Source of the DNA: Schmidtea nova
Taxonomy: Eukaryota
DNA: 64,000 bases
Reading direction: 5' to 3'
Assembly (NCBI GenBank): GCA_044892505.1
Contig: CM097883.1
Span: 408,456,001 to 408,520,000 of the forward strand
Shown: positions 1-11,696 of the stretch, one piece after another
Position numbering within the stretch: position 1 is the first letter of the stretch
How the letters are laid out: each line of letters begins with the position of its first letter
Made by a program: the position numbers and the translations under genes
The notes under the pieces: model-generated
The model's database searches: none
What the model was told of the DNA's origin: nothing
What the model saw: only the letters and a program-made list of their open reading frames with translations

Positions 1-50
1 TAAATAAAATGAAACCTATCGATGTATATTCAAATAATAATAAGCACACA

Positions 51-270
51 CCATACACCTTCAAGGGTATGACTATCATACTAACCTCTCAATTACCTTT
101 CGAATGACATGTATATTATAAGGATGGAAAAAGGTTGAAGGTTTTTAACCTTTTGAAGGTTCAGGACCCTCCATAAACCCTCGAGGGTATGACCATTGTA
201 TAGACCTCTCCTAGACCTTTCGAATGATACCCTTGTTTGAAGGTTTGATCTTATTTGACCTTTTGAAATT
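51..270. repeat. Two diverged tandem copies of a 120-bp unit; a related copy lies at ~55211-55262 on the minus strand
   Basis: CCTTCAAGGGTATGAC...ACCTTTCGAATGA at 58-107 recurs as CCCTCGAGGGTATGAC...ACCTTTCGAATGA at 178-227. The reverse complement of 55211-55262 carries CAATTACCTTTCGAATGA. Confidence 0.75.
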
Positions 271-969
271 CAAATTTAAAATGGGTCATCGATGAATCAT
301 AACAAAAATGAGTCATCGGGCGGGGGTAGGGTGACTCATTGCCTTTGTTATGCGTCATCGATAAGTCATATGTCTTTGTTTAAGTATGACTCATGGTGGA
401 CACTTCTATCTACTTAGAAAGAGTCAAATCTGACCTGCTAACTGAAAATACTGCCTTTAAATTTGTTAGGAGGAGATTGCCGACTCGTTTACCTAACAAA
501 AACTGAATCATTAGAATCCGAATCCTCAATCTCAAAACCTGACACACTCGACACTTATTCTACCCAGTACGAAGCCCAAGTCAAGGAAAAACAAACAAAA
601 TAAAATAAATAAGATTGCGACGTAAACGCAAAGAGAAGGATGTCCAAGAAAAAAGTACGACTCAAGTTCAAGTGAGGTAACAGATAGATTCTGTATTTTG
701 AACCTTTGATGTTGAATTTATGTAATTTATAATACTCAAAAACCTACATAAATGTATTTTATTTAGTATGGTTTTCATTAAAAAATCACTAAGGACTTCT
801 TTAATTTTGTAATTTTTGACCTATTGTGTAAAAATATATGCAATTTAAAATAACCAAAAAATGAATAAGAATAAAAAAATTTCAATATTTGCTATAAAAT
901 ATATTTTTTATTTGAAAAACAAAAAATTTTCTGAATATAATTTAAATGAAATTAACTTTTAATTAGCTT

Positions 970-1756
970 TTAAGTTGTTTCGACTGAACATCGTATAATA
1001 ATACAATCATTCCTAAGGATGGTCGGATCGTTAAATAAAGTTAATAAATTTATGAATTGAGTGTCTCCATAGCCTAAATTTATAGCGGTTTTTGGTTGAT
1101 AATATGAAGGTAGAAAACTTTTTTCTGCCGTCTCAAATTTGAATTTTTCCGTTGTGTGAGGGTGATTAGTTTCTTGATTGATCAAACTAATCGATATTTC
1201 ATTTTTCATGGGCCACGACAAATTATTATCGTATTCACCTTTGGCAATGTGAAAGAAAATCGATAAAAATGTGCCTTGTTCTGTATCAAATCCATCTGGA
1301 TAGATACCAAGGATTATTTTGTAACCGTTTTTGTGGGAATAGAAGTCATTGCTCATAATGTATGGATCGATTCCGTCTCGGGCTAATTTCCATTTTTTAG
1401 AGAAATTATCGATTTTCCAATTAAATGGAGAGAAATTGTTTTGTTCTAAGTAATAACCCTCTAAAAAACTGGTTTGTCTCAACAAATCAGGAGAATCTTC
1501 TTTATTATTATAGAATATTTCCTGAAATATTTTACTTATCTCGAGTGGAGTTTGTGGCTCTGTCAAATCTTGCATAAATTTCTTTATCATATTTTGAACT
1601 GACTCCTTGAATAACATTTGAAATTATATCAAAATCTCTAAATTTTACTTTGTTAGTTTCTGATTTTGCATTTAATATTTTTTTCATTTCTTTTTCAGTA
1701 GGTTGATTTTCAAGTTGTAATTGTTCGAGACGTATCTCTAATTTTGATATTAACTT
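970..1756 (-). CDS. TRAF-like gene, 3' part: coiled-coil exon 1756-1649 and MATH/TRAF-C exon 1605-970 (alternative acceptor at 1522)
   Basis: MATH motifs FNWKIDNF, SNDFYSHKNGYK, YPDG, FLSIFFHIAKGEYD...WP, YG...FI. Acceptor TTCAG at 1757, donor GTAAAA at 1648. A 43-nt or a 127-nt phase-0 intron joins the two overlapping ORFs. No upstream RING exon was identified. Confidence 0.8.
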
Positions 1757-2164
1757 CTGAATTATTTTAAAAGCAATCATGTTTGTAAAAATATTAATTA
1801 AAAAATCAGTAATAAAACACAATTTTTACCAAATAAATAGAGACAAAAAATTTACTAAATTCTTTGTCATGTTATTTAAAACTCTGCAACAACGCTAGTA
1901 AAAAGTTTCATGTTATTCTTTTAATGGCAAAATGCGACCAAATGCTAAGGTAAAAATTCCGAATTTCGAGATCTAAACCCTTCAAGATATTAATTTGTAC
2001 CTCTTCACCTCTTGTACTTATACTTACAATTACAACTACAATTTAATATTCTTATAATTATTTATTATCCACCATCCATTATTAATTAATCAATCTTTAA
2101 TTATCACTTTTCATCACTGATTATTATAATTTTATAATTTTTAACTTAATTTTTAACTTATATA

Positions 2165-3194
2165 TGTTACGGTAAATGTACATTACCAGGTAAATGTATA
2201 TATTTACCAGTAAATGTATACATTAACTGCAAGATTTGGCAAATGTACATATAACATACATTTACCGATTATTTAGTAATCATATATACTTTTACCTAGA
2301 TGTAATGGTAAAAGTGTAAAGGAATAAAGTTAATTATTCGAGTATAATATAATTGATAATAATGTTTATTATACCAAAACCAAAATTTCTTAATAATTGT
2401 TTTAAGGTTATGTTTATTATTTTATGTTTATGTTTTTAAGCGTAAATTAAAACTCAACAAATTTTCTAGACAAAATAATATTATAGATAACCAATTTCGA
2501 ACAGAAGAATTGGTCTTTTTTTTCTCTAGCTCCCAGTACGTTCTCATAAAAAATATTATGTTTTATGTTTATCTCTCTTTATTTTCTATTTCTATTGGTC
2601 TCTATTCTATTAAATTTTTAAAAAAAATAAGAAAAGAAGCACTGAGAAGAGAATTTTTATAAATCATGGGAGCTAGAGCTTGAATTTTTGCTTGTATGAA
2701 TTTGGGGATCTATAATAGTTATTTAGTCTGTGGTTATACTTATGTGCAGACATTTTATTGATATACCAGTTTAAAAGGACTTACGAGTTTTCCTCCTCAA
2801 AAATAAAAAGATAAATTGGATTTGAGAGTTTTTATTACATTTTTTTCGAAATAAAAACATAAATTCAATATTTTTCAAATACAAAACATAAAAAAAATTA
2901 AATGTCCTGAAATTAACTCCATCTATATGTTCGAAAAAACAATAATATATTTTTTAGGTAAAATTTTATTTGATATAAATGCCCCGAAGCCGATATGTAC
3001 TTTTCCCGGTACATATACATATTTGTCAATTATTTCTATATTTTACAAGACCTTGATATAATGTATACATTTACCCGTAAATGTATGTATAACAAACTTT
3101 TTCGAAATAGTAAACTTACATTTACCCATTGGTGTGGTCTATGTGTACATTTACCGGCGAATGTGTACATTTTGACATTTTGTACTATAACCGT

Positions 3195-3198
<4 letters not shown>
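2165..3198. mobile_element. Non-autonomous TIR element (1034 bp) in a TA run, with subterminal GGTAAATGTA arrays
   Basis: TGTTACGGT at 2165 and ACCGTAACA at 3190-3198, both flanked by TA. Several GGTAAATGTA-like copies on the left and TACATTTACC copies on the right. Confidence 0.75.

Positions 3199-3257
<59 letters not shown>
3199..3257. repeat. (TA)n microsatellite
   Basis: Pure TA run. Similar runs at 14992-15055, ~28737-28768, ~29709-29770, ~35004-35064 and 55126-55211. Confidence 0.95.
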
Positions 3258-3260
<3 letters not shown>

Positions 3261-3767
3261 CACAGGGTTCTTACTAGATACGCATCAGTATTAAAACCAC
3301 CATTATACTTTTCTATTATTATATTTAATCTATTATTTTAATTTTCCAGATTTATGTAATTTATATTCTTATAATTTATAACTTAATTCATTACAATCCC
3401 AATAATTTATTTTATTGTTTTAATCATTACTGATTTTATTTAGATTTATTTTTCATTTAGCTATATAATACATTATTTGTTTATTCTTATTCTTATTTTA
3501 TTTAATTGATTATTTTTATAAAGGATTTTACTTAATAATACATTTTATTAATATTTATTTGAAGGTGGAAGCGCTATAAAACACTAGACTTAAAATAATA
3601 ATTTTATTGATCCAACACAATTTTTACTTTTTTATTGTCCTTTCTATAAACAGCTATAATTTTTGAAAGCTGCATTTCTTCTCCATCAATCAGTATATGC
3701 TTTTTAATCACCACTCTCTCCTTTATTGTCTAAATTTGGTTTTCTTGAATAGATTTTCTCTTTCTAG

Positions 3768-4090
3768 CTCTCTATATTGTGCAAAAACACCTAAAAAGCC
3801 ATATTAGGGCTATTACTTTCGACAGATGGATTACACCAAGGGCGACTACAGTTGAGACCCAGGCGGATATCCTATCGACAGAGCATTCGGTAGAATCAGG
3901 AATAGTGGATGCGGTACAGCCAACATATCCCGCTCAACCAAAACCAAAAAAGAGAAATCGCTTAGGAGCGAAGAGGCGTTGGGAACGAAGGGCGTTTGCC
4001 GAAAAGATGAATATACAGGTTGACCTGTTAAGTGGCCTGTCGGAGAGACAATTGATAAACTTAATCGATACGTCCGTTTATATTAAATAA
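3768..4090 (+). pseudogene. 5'-truncated copy of unassigned cassette ORF2 (coiled-coil/basic protein)
   Basis: HIRAITFDRWI and KKRNRLGAKRRWERRAFAEKMNIQVDLLSGLSERQLINLI align with LIRTSTFDRWV...RNRLSAKRR...IEVELLSGLTEKQLLAVI (17.5-17.8 kb) and KRKRISQKRRRQKKLFAQRLQTQVDRLSSLTELDLLAEI (22.3-22.5 kb). Confidence 0.7.
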
Positions 4091-4210
4091 TTGTATTTAT
4101 ATTTTGTACATGACAATTAATTTGTGAGTGAATGATGGGTATGACAAAGCTGTATGATGAAGAATAGTTTGATGAGAGTTTAAAACGAAGGGACATAGAA
4201 TAAATCACTG

Positions 4211-4390
4211 AGACCTTCTATCGGCCAGAAAGAACCCTCAGGGGCAAGAGGGGAATAGTCACTGCGGAGTAGCTTACCTGCCCTCTTGACCTACACTGGT
4301 TAGTACATTTCCAACGTGATGTGCAATTAGGTGCAAATCACGGGTACTATCGCAGGGTTATAACTTTTTATGTTGGTGGAGTTACCCTAA
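4211..4390 (+). ncRNA. Conserved two-domain structured RNA motif, copy 1 (unassigned)
   Basis: CAAGAGGG-GAATA-GTCACT-GCGG-AGTAGC-TTACCTG-CCCTCTTG (4245-4288), then CCAAC-hairpin-GGG...TGTTGG...CCCTAA (4311-4390). Stems covary with three other copies. Confidence 0.6.
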
Positions 4391-5213
4391 TAATAACATC
4401 ATTTTTAAAAACTCCATGTTAAACACCACTAACAAACCAACAACTATAACGACTCCCACCCGTAAGTCACATGACAATAAAATCATTGGTTTCCGGAGTA
4501 GTTATGTGGGAGGTGAGCATGTGAATTTTCCCAGGAAACGAAATGACGACAAAAAATCTAGTATCCATTATCTCATATCCGTCAATGTCAGAAGAGAGAG
4601 AAATTTAGCTAAAATAACAGACAGCAGGAAACGCAGTTAGTTAAGTAAATAATCAGGCTACTAGGATTAATCTAAATTTTCGTTGAATTCATTTCCTGTA
4701 GATGTTCCATTAAGCAGATAAAATTTAAATCAAAGTGCGAAACTTGCCCCTGTTGGTCTCTGGTGTGGACATGGATATTTAAATGACGACCTAGGGGGTG
4801 GATGTGACCCATACAGCGAATTTGATAATTTCAAAGATTTTCAAATAAATTATAAACATAATTCGATTGTAATGTTCGTTGATTGACAAAACAAGGAAAG
4901 TAGCTTTATTATTTGTAGTGCTTAAAGCAGTTCTTTTGATTTGAATTTTTGAACATTTATGACAATACGAATTTCAACCTGAAAACTTTTTATCTTATAA
5001 AAGTTTTTTATTCTTGTCTTAAAAAATTAAATTGAAACCAAAAAATAATTTTTGTAACAAAATATGTTGCAATAAGAAATTTTCATATTAAGGTTCTTAT
5101 TATAATATTACTGAAAGATTAAAGCAATTGTAAAATTTTACTTATTTTCAAATTCTAAGCATTGTTAGATTATCTCAGACAATTAGAAATATTTTTTGCA
5201 ATATAAAAACATT

Positions 5214-5550
5214 AACTAGTAAATCAAAAAAAATTCTTTTTTCAAATCCATGCTTTATGCGAGCAGAACTCCTGAGAAATTTTTTTTTGCAATTTATATT
5301 ACATTTACACGCAAAATTTCTCTGAAGACACCAACACATTTACCTCTCGTCCATTGTTAAATGTATGGGGAAATTCAAATTGTTATTTAGTTAACTTAAT
5401 TAACTTTTTTTGGTCAAATTTATCAATTTCCATGTATTGTCACCGGAAGTGAGCAAGTGTGCAAAATTTGAAGTGAATCGGTTGAGAGAAAAGCACTAAA
5501 AATTGATTTGTAATTTTGTGGCACACACATATATATAGAAAGCAACCTTA
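5214..5550 (+). mobile_element. Helentron-associated (HINE/DINE-1-like) non-autonomous element, truncated by a Tc1-like insertion
   Basis: Starts AACTAGT...TCCATGCTTTATGCGAGCAGAACTCC and ends CACACATATATATAGAAAGCAACC. Near-identical inverted copy at 25955-26509 retains the subterminal IR ATAAAGCATGGA. Confidence 0.55.
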
Positions 5551-5552
5551 TA

Positions 5553-6670
5553 CACCAACAGTCTGCAATTAAGGGCCATAAAGACACTTATTGCAGTCAA
5601 TTGGTATTTATTATTACTTATTTTTTTAAATTAAATTTTTTATCTATGTATTTAAATTACTTTAACATATTTTAAGTTTATTTAATATTTTATGTTAAAT
5701 ACTTATTTATTTCATATAGATATTTTTTAGATATTTATGAAATTCAGAAAGAGGTAAGTAATTATAATTTTTATTCGGTAATAAAATTACATTTCCTTAT
5801 TTACATGTCTCCCAAGTCTTTGTAATTTTATCAGCTTATTTTTTAAACATTTGGATATTGTTTTTGTGTATACGTTGTAGCTAATTGTATTTAAGAAGTT
5901 TTTAATTTCTTCCAAAGTAATCCAATAATTTTGGTCCACAATTAATTCATTGTATTCCATTTTCTTCAATTATTAGGCTAACATTTTATTTGCCTCTTTT
6001 CCCTGCTGTAAGAATGCCATTTTTTCTACCTCGACTCTATGTCTTTAATAATCTTAGGTTCAAAACCTATTTACCTGCCGAATTCTTCATAAATTTCACG
6101 CCGTTTCATTACTTCTTTTAATAATTTTTTGTCATGTTCAGATTATCTATAAAATTTTAAGTTAAAAATTAAAAATTCAAATTTGTTTTACGTTTTTCGA
6201 TGTTTTCTTTCTACAGTTTCGGCCGTTTGAGGCATTATAGCTTCATTTTCTGCATTTCTAAAAATATTTTTTTAAAATTTTTTAATATAATTGTAAGTTT
6301 ACATTTCTTCTTGGTCCTCTCCAATAAATGGTACAGTTGATTCCAAAAACGTTTCTGAAATATCATCATAAATCATGATTTTTTAAAATTTTAAAATCCC
6401 TTAATTAAAGACTGTCCCTTAAATTATGTCCATGTGTTTGTATTTTTCATTATATACCAAAGCGCATAAATTAAGGGCCAGACAGGCAAAATTTAAAGTT
6501 TCTATAATAACAAATTATTTTATATATAGAAAAAATATACATACCTACTGCAGATTAGGACAAAGTAAAAAAGCACGGTCATAAATTACGGGCCTACACT
6601 ATAGAAAATAAGAAAAATTAATTAGGTCAAAAAAAACACACTTACACAACACACAAAAAATCTATAATGA
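5553..6670 (-). mobile_element. Tc1-like deletion derivative with its left ~215-bp arm inverted
   Basis: 5553-6450 is the reverse complement of 40890-41762, while 6453-6670 matches 40684-40895 in the same orientation. Transposase HTH remnant MEYNELIVDQNYWITLEEIK. Confidence 0.8.
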
Positions 6671-6671
6671 A

Positions 6672-6850
6672 CAAATCCCATTAATTGACTCCGCTCTGAA
6701 ACTCGAATACAGAGAAGACGGGCAGTCTTTTCCAATGTATGTGGCATTTCACCCATGGCGTTTGATAAAATAAATGAGAATAGAGCAAAGAACAATACAG
6801 AAAACTTAGAATCGCCAACAATCACACCAATTAGTTCATAAACAATAGAA
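6672..6850 (-). repeat. Fragment of hammerhead-bearing repeat family A
   Basis: AAATCCCATTAATTGACTCCGCTCTGAAACTCG... matches 33355-33535 and 48135-48250. Confidence 0.8.
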
Positions 6851-7744
6851 TAAGAGAAGGAATCAGCACGAATGTAAACCTCATCATTTAATCGAAATAC
6901 TAATTCGGCAATACAAAACTCTACATTTAGAATTATAAAAATTATCTTTCATTCTAGACATTAATAATCCAATCAGAAGCAATACAAAGTCTAGGTGGTT
7001 ACGCCTTTCAATCTTCAATTCTAGAACGTCAATCCAAGTTCTTTGATCAATGAATCGAACATCTTCAATCTCTACAAATACAAATTAAAAATACAAATTA
7101 AAAATACAAATTCATTAAAAATAATTAATAAATTTATTTGACTAATGGGAAATCCGAGCTGACAGCAAAATATATAATAGAATTATTCCATAAAGCCGGA
7201 CAATAAGTGACTAGACGGTTAAAATAAATTATTAAGGGAGAGTGCCCAGTTTAAAGGCAATGTCGCCTGGCTAATTGTTTTGTTTTACGCTTGAGTTATT
7301 ATCAGATTATCAAAGAACCCGATATAAGGAATTATCTATTTTGCTAGTTGGTTCAATATACATTGAGAGAATCGATTGATTTGAAAGAGAAGTCAGAGAA
7401 AATAATAAAGTTTTAGCGAATCAAATTAATTAAAAGTTGTACCATAAAAGGCAGTTTTCGTTGGAAGTACCTACCTTGTCTCTTTTAAATTAAAAAATAT
7501 AGATAAAAATATAATTGTTCTTGACAATATTCAAAAAATTTATTGCGTTGAGTGTATTGTTCTTTTTTTAATAAATAGCACATGGAGTCAAAATGTGGTA
7601 CCGACTTCATTAAATATCCCAAAAAGTATTATGAAAATGAATGTTAAAAGTAGGTCGATTATTGCCTAGCAACAATTAAATTAATTCATCTAATATAATT
7701 ATTTTTTAAATCAATATCAATATTGCAAATTATATATAGGTTTA

Positions 7745-9109
7745 ACCGGAAAGTTTCTGCAGTTAGAAAAATTAATGCCATTCAAGTTTCTGCAGTCACA
7801 TTGATCAATGAATATATATTTAACAAAGACAAATAATTTTATGAAGCAAATTAATCATCCATATCATCGAGGAACTCAAAATAGTTTCCACCATGCTGGA
7901 TGCAACGTTGCCAACGTGCAGGGAGTTTGTTAATGCCAGCTGCGAAGAAATTTTCATTTTTATTCTCTAACTACGACTCTAGCTGCACTTGAACATCTTG
8001 TGCGCAGTTGAATGCCTTACCACGTAGAGCTGATTTAAGTGAGGAGAAGAGGTAGAAGTCTGATGTGGCTAGATCAGGTGAGCAGGGTGGATGTGGTACG
8101 ACATTGAGATGAAGTTCAGCCAGCTTCGCCTGAGTTAGATGAGCGGTATGTGGCTTAGCATTGTCATGCTGAAGGTAATGGTATCCATCCAACATTCGTC
8201 TGCTCCTTTTATCCAGCAAGCATCCTTCAAATTGTCAAGCAATCAGCAATAATGGTTGGCATTCATTGTTGCACCGCAAGGTAAAACATCCATTAAAATG
8301 ACCCTCCTGCAGTCCCAAAAAATTGTTAACAAATGTTTCTTGCTGGTAAGACTGCCTCTCACCTCGGTATGTGGTTCGCTATGATCGATGGTGTTTGCTC
8401 ACACTTCCATGCCAGTAGACCCAACTTTCATCAATGGTGATCATACGATGCAGGAAATTGTTTTTTTCATACATTTCCAGAAGTATTCTGCACACATCCA
8501 CTCTTTTTTCCTTTTGTGCGTTCGTTAAGAACTGTGGAATCCACACTGTTGAAAGATATCACTTTCCCATCTTTAGTAGATGACTTCTCACTGTCTCTCT
8601 TCCAACTTGTAACTTAAAAGCAATTTCTCTAACAGAGGCATGATGATTCTCATCAAGAATTGCTTCAATCTGGTCATCTATGTCACAGGAAGGTCGTCCA
8701 CTTCGTGCGTTGTCGTTTACGTCGAAATTTTCCGCCTTGAATTTGGCAAACCATTCATAGCATGTTCGAATACTCACTGTTCCTTCCCCTAGTGTGTTGT
8801 TGATTTCTTTTTCGATGTCTCTGGTTGATAGGCCTCGTTTCCAGCAGTAGTAAATTAGTTTTCTAACGTCTTCGCGAATAAAATCCATGATTTTTTCAAT
8901 TTAAAGCCAAATTCTGCATAAACGGAAAAAGACAATATAAACAAATTAAACAGTTTCATTAAAATGACATTGATATTCTTAGATTTTTTAAACTAAATTT
9001 CGTTTATAACATCAAAAATTATCCTTCTTTGTGTCCACAAAATTTGAAATATATAATATGCATAGATCTTGAATGGCATTAATTTTTCTAACTGCAGAAA
9101 CTTTAAGGT
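7745..9109 (-). mobile_element. Full-length mariner (Mos1-like) element with a disrupted transposase (8888 to ~7850)
   Basis: TA-flanked TIRs ACCGGAAAGTTTCTGCAGTTAGAAAAATTAATGCCATTCAAG and CTTGAATGGCATTAATTTTTCTAACTGCAGAAACTTTAAGGT. HTH ORF (YEWFAKFK...RSGRP), LQHDNAKPH and HPPCSPDLATSDFYLF motifs; frameshifts and stops. Confidence 0.92.
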
Positions 9110-9356
9110 TAGATCTTAAGCAATTTTTAATTTATTATATTTTTTATTAAAATTTCAGGAAAGTGGTTTTAATGATAATTTATTGCATTTTACAAAATTA
9201 TCTTTCAAAATAAATATAAATTGATTATTTAAGTTCTATAATAATTTTATCGTTTTTAAAGCTTTGATTATTTTATAATATTCGATATTACGTTTTTAAA
9301 AATTATGATTAATTTGTTTAAATCTATTTATTTGATTCACATTGGAATGTTTGAAA

Positions 9357-9430
9357 AGCACATGAAATGATGAGGAAGTTCTAGAAATATATTCTACAGA
9401 ATATATATTTGGATTGGCGTTTGTTTTTAA
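9357..9430 (+). repeat. Degenerate copy of the family A hammerhead region
   Basis: AGCAC...GAAGTTCTAGAAATATATT...AATATATATTTGGATTGGCGTTTGTTTTTAA matches the flank of the intact copies; the catalytic core is mutated. Confidence 0.6.
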
Positions 9431-11696
9431 TTATTTCAGTGTCATATCCGTTGTATTGAATAATGATAAATGTTGTGTTCATTTTAAGTCTGTATAAATA
9501 TTTGACTCCTCGTGCCCTTTAAAATCTATTAAAGTCATCCCACAAAACAACTTTTATTTGAGTTCGACTAAAAATCTACAATTTTCAATAAAACTTTAAT
9601 TTTTCTGCACTTTTCTAGCGTTAGGGCTAGGTCTTACAACGGGAGATCCCCGGTTCTGGTACGCAATAATTGATTTGATGTGACTGATATTCTCTATTTT
9701 GATATATTTTACTGTTACTAACGTTTTCTAAATTAACTTGATATTCTGAAAATTTATTGTCGATCAACTGGCAATTTGCAAATTTTATGATCCCTTATAT
9801 AGGACGTTCTAAAACAACAATATATGGATTTTCAGGAATCCTTCAGAAAATTATCCAATAATCAAGCTCTTTCAATTATTGTTTTTCTCCGCCACCTCCA
9901 CAATCTTTTCTCGATTTGTGCTTCGATCCATTTCTTGTGCATTCTCTTCTGTTGTTTGTGTTTTTTTCTGACTTTGTTTTGGTCTCTTGGATGCTTTAGT
10001 GTTTGCAGCAGTATTCTGTCTCAAGGCTGAGATATGCTTTTTCGCAAATAAATTCAGTTTATCTTTTTTTTCGGGACAGATAAGCCGGGTTCTTAGTACC
10101 AGCTCCTTGTTGATGTACGCACGATCGATCGATAATTCCTCATTTTTAGTTTAGTGGTGTACTTTGCTGGTAACTTTATTTGCCCCACCTGATCTATGCG
10201 ACCAGAATCCCAGTTAGTTTCTTGTTTAATCGATACAATTCTAGCTACGGCTTATAATTCAGACCTACTTGGAAAGGCCATTCGTGGCTTTTAGTCACAC
10301 TTAAGTTTACCAGAGATGTGACACTCTTCTTCTGACGGTCCTAAACCGATTAATCTGCCAAAATTTGCTGATGTCGGAATTGAGAAAATATTTTAAGTGT
10401 GATAGCCTTCCTCGATTGTTTTGGATTTGATTGGATAGTGTTCTTTCCACGTATAAATTGAGACGACCATTTCCTATAATAAATTATAAACATTTCCAGA
10501 GTTTCTCGATTCTTAATTAATGACTCTGAATTAATAGACTCTTTGAAACTTTCTTTTGTTCAGCGATACTGAAGCAAATTATCTGATGACTAATCTCGTC
10601 ATTTTGAACTTTAGGAATCACACTCAGCCTTCGTTTCGGCTGCTATCTGCTTCATTTCCATGCATGGATATCAACGACTTAGATTTATTCAGTTTACGCA
10701 ATTCATATTACACCGCCGAAAAGAGATTCATTTGACAATCTCCATTTTGGGGATTCGTTACCATAAATATTTTTTTTTATTTCGGTTAAATTTAACATCT
10801 TGAGACTATTGGGATGACTTTTAAGTTTCTCCGAGTTTTCATGTTTATATTTGACCAAGACATCGACCAGAGAAAAGTATGAGTTGAGTGTGCCAACCAA
10901 ATGGGCACCTTCCAGTGAATCAGAGAGCCGCCGGAGATTCACCCTTGTCATAGTTAGGTGAGGATCGAGAAAATTAATAACAAACAAAATAAACTTAAAA
11001 ATGGATTGAGTTTTTAATAGATACTAATTAATAGGCAAGGATTAAATAAAATTTAAACTTTTGTTGACAAAGTTGAAAAAAGTGTGTTTTAGTGTTGTTG
11101 CCGCTTCCTTGTATACTCTTTCCGGGTGGAGGAATCCACCAATCAGCATTGATCCGCCCACTCGAAAACTTTCTTTTATTAAATATGTAACCCAATTATC
11201 TATTTACTTTTACTTAAATTGAATTTATTTGTTCCTATTAGTCGTTTTATTTTCGCTAATTAATTTAGATTTATTTCAACTATAATTCTCTTGTTATGGT
11301 CTTTGTGACGGTTTTGATAACTTTTCATTATTTATTATTTCTTTGGGATTCATAATTATTTTTATTTCTCTACAATTAGCTGCTATTTCGGTTGTACTTA
11401 TTTTTAATTATCTCTCTCTCTCTCTCTCTCGCTCATGGCGGATAAAAATTATTATTTTAAGGAAATGTTTGGCAATAATTATTTATTAAAATTAATTACA
11501 TTTCAAGATTTTCTTTAATAACTACAGTTTGTGTAAATACTTTATTGTCTTTCAAAAGTTTTCATGCTGTGTACACGATATTACAAAAACTTTGATGTTG
11601 TTTTTGTTTCTAGAAAGCGATAGTGTTTCATACAACTGTTCAATAGAAAAACTTGACTCGTTCAAAAAAAATTGTAATATAGTCGTACGTTTGTTC

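Noticed and set aside
2995-3341. ORFs with YIYIYI, YYYY or IIII tracts (also 14905-15120, 28470-28769, 54167-54719)
   Set aside because: Products of (TA)n and (TTA)n microsatellites.
10100-10987. Degenerate coding-like region on the minus strand next to the Helitron remnant
   Set aside because: Multiple stops and frameshifts and no motif I can assign; needs a translated search.
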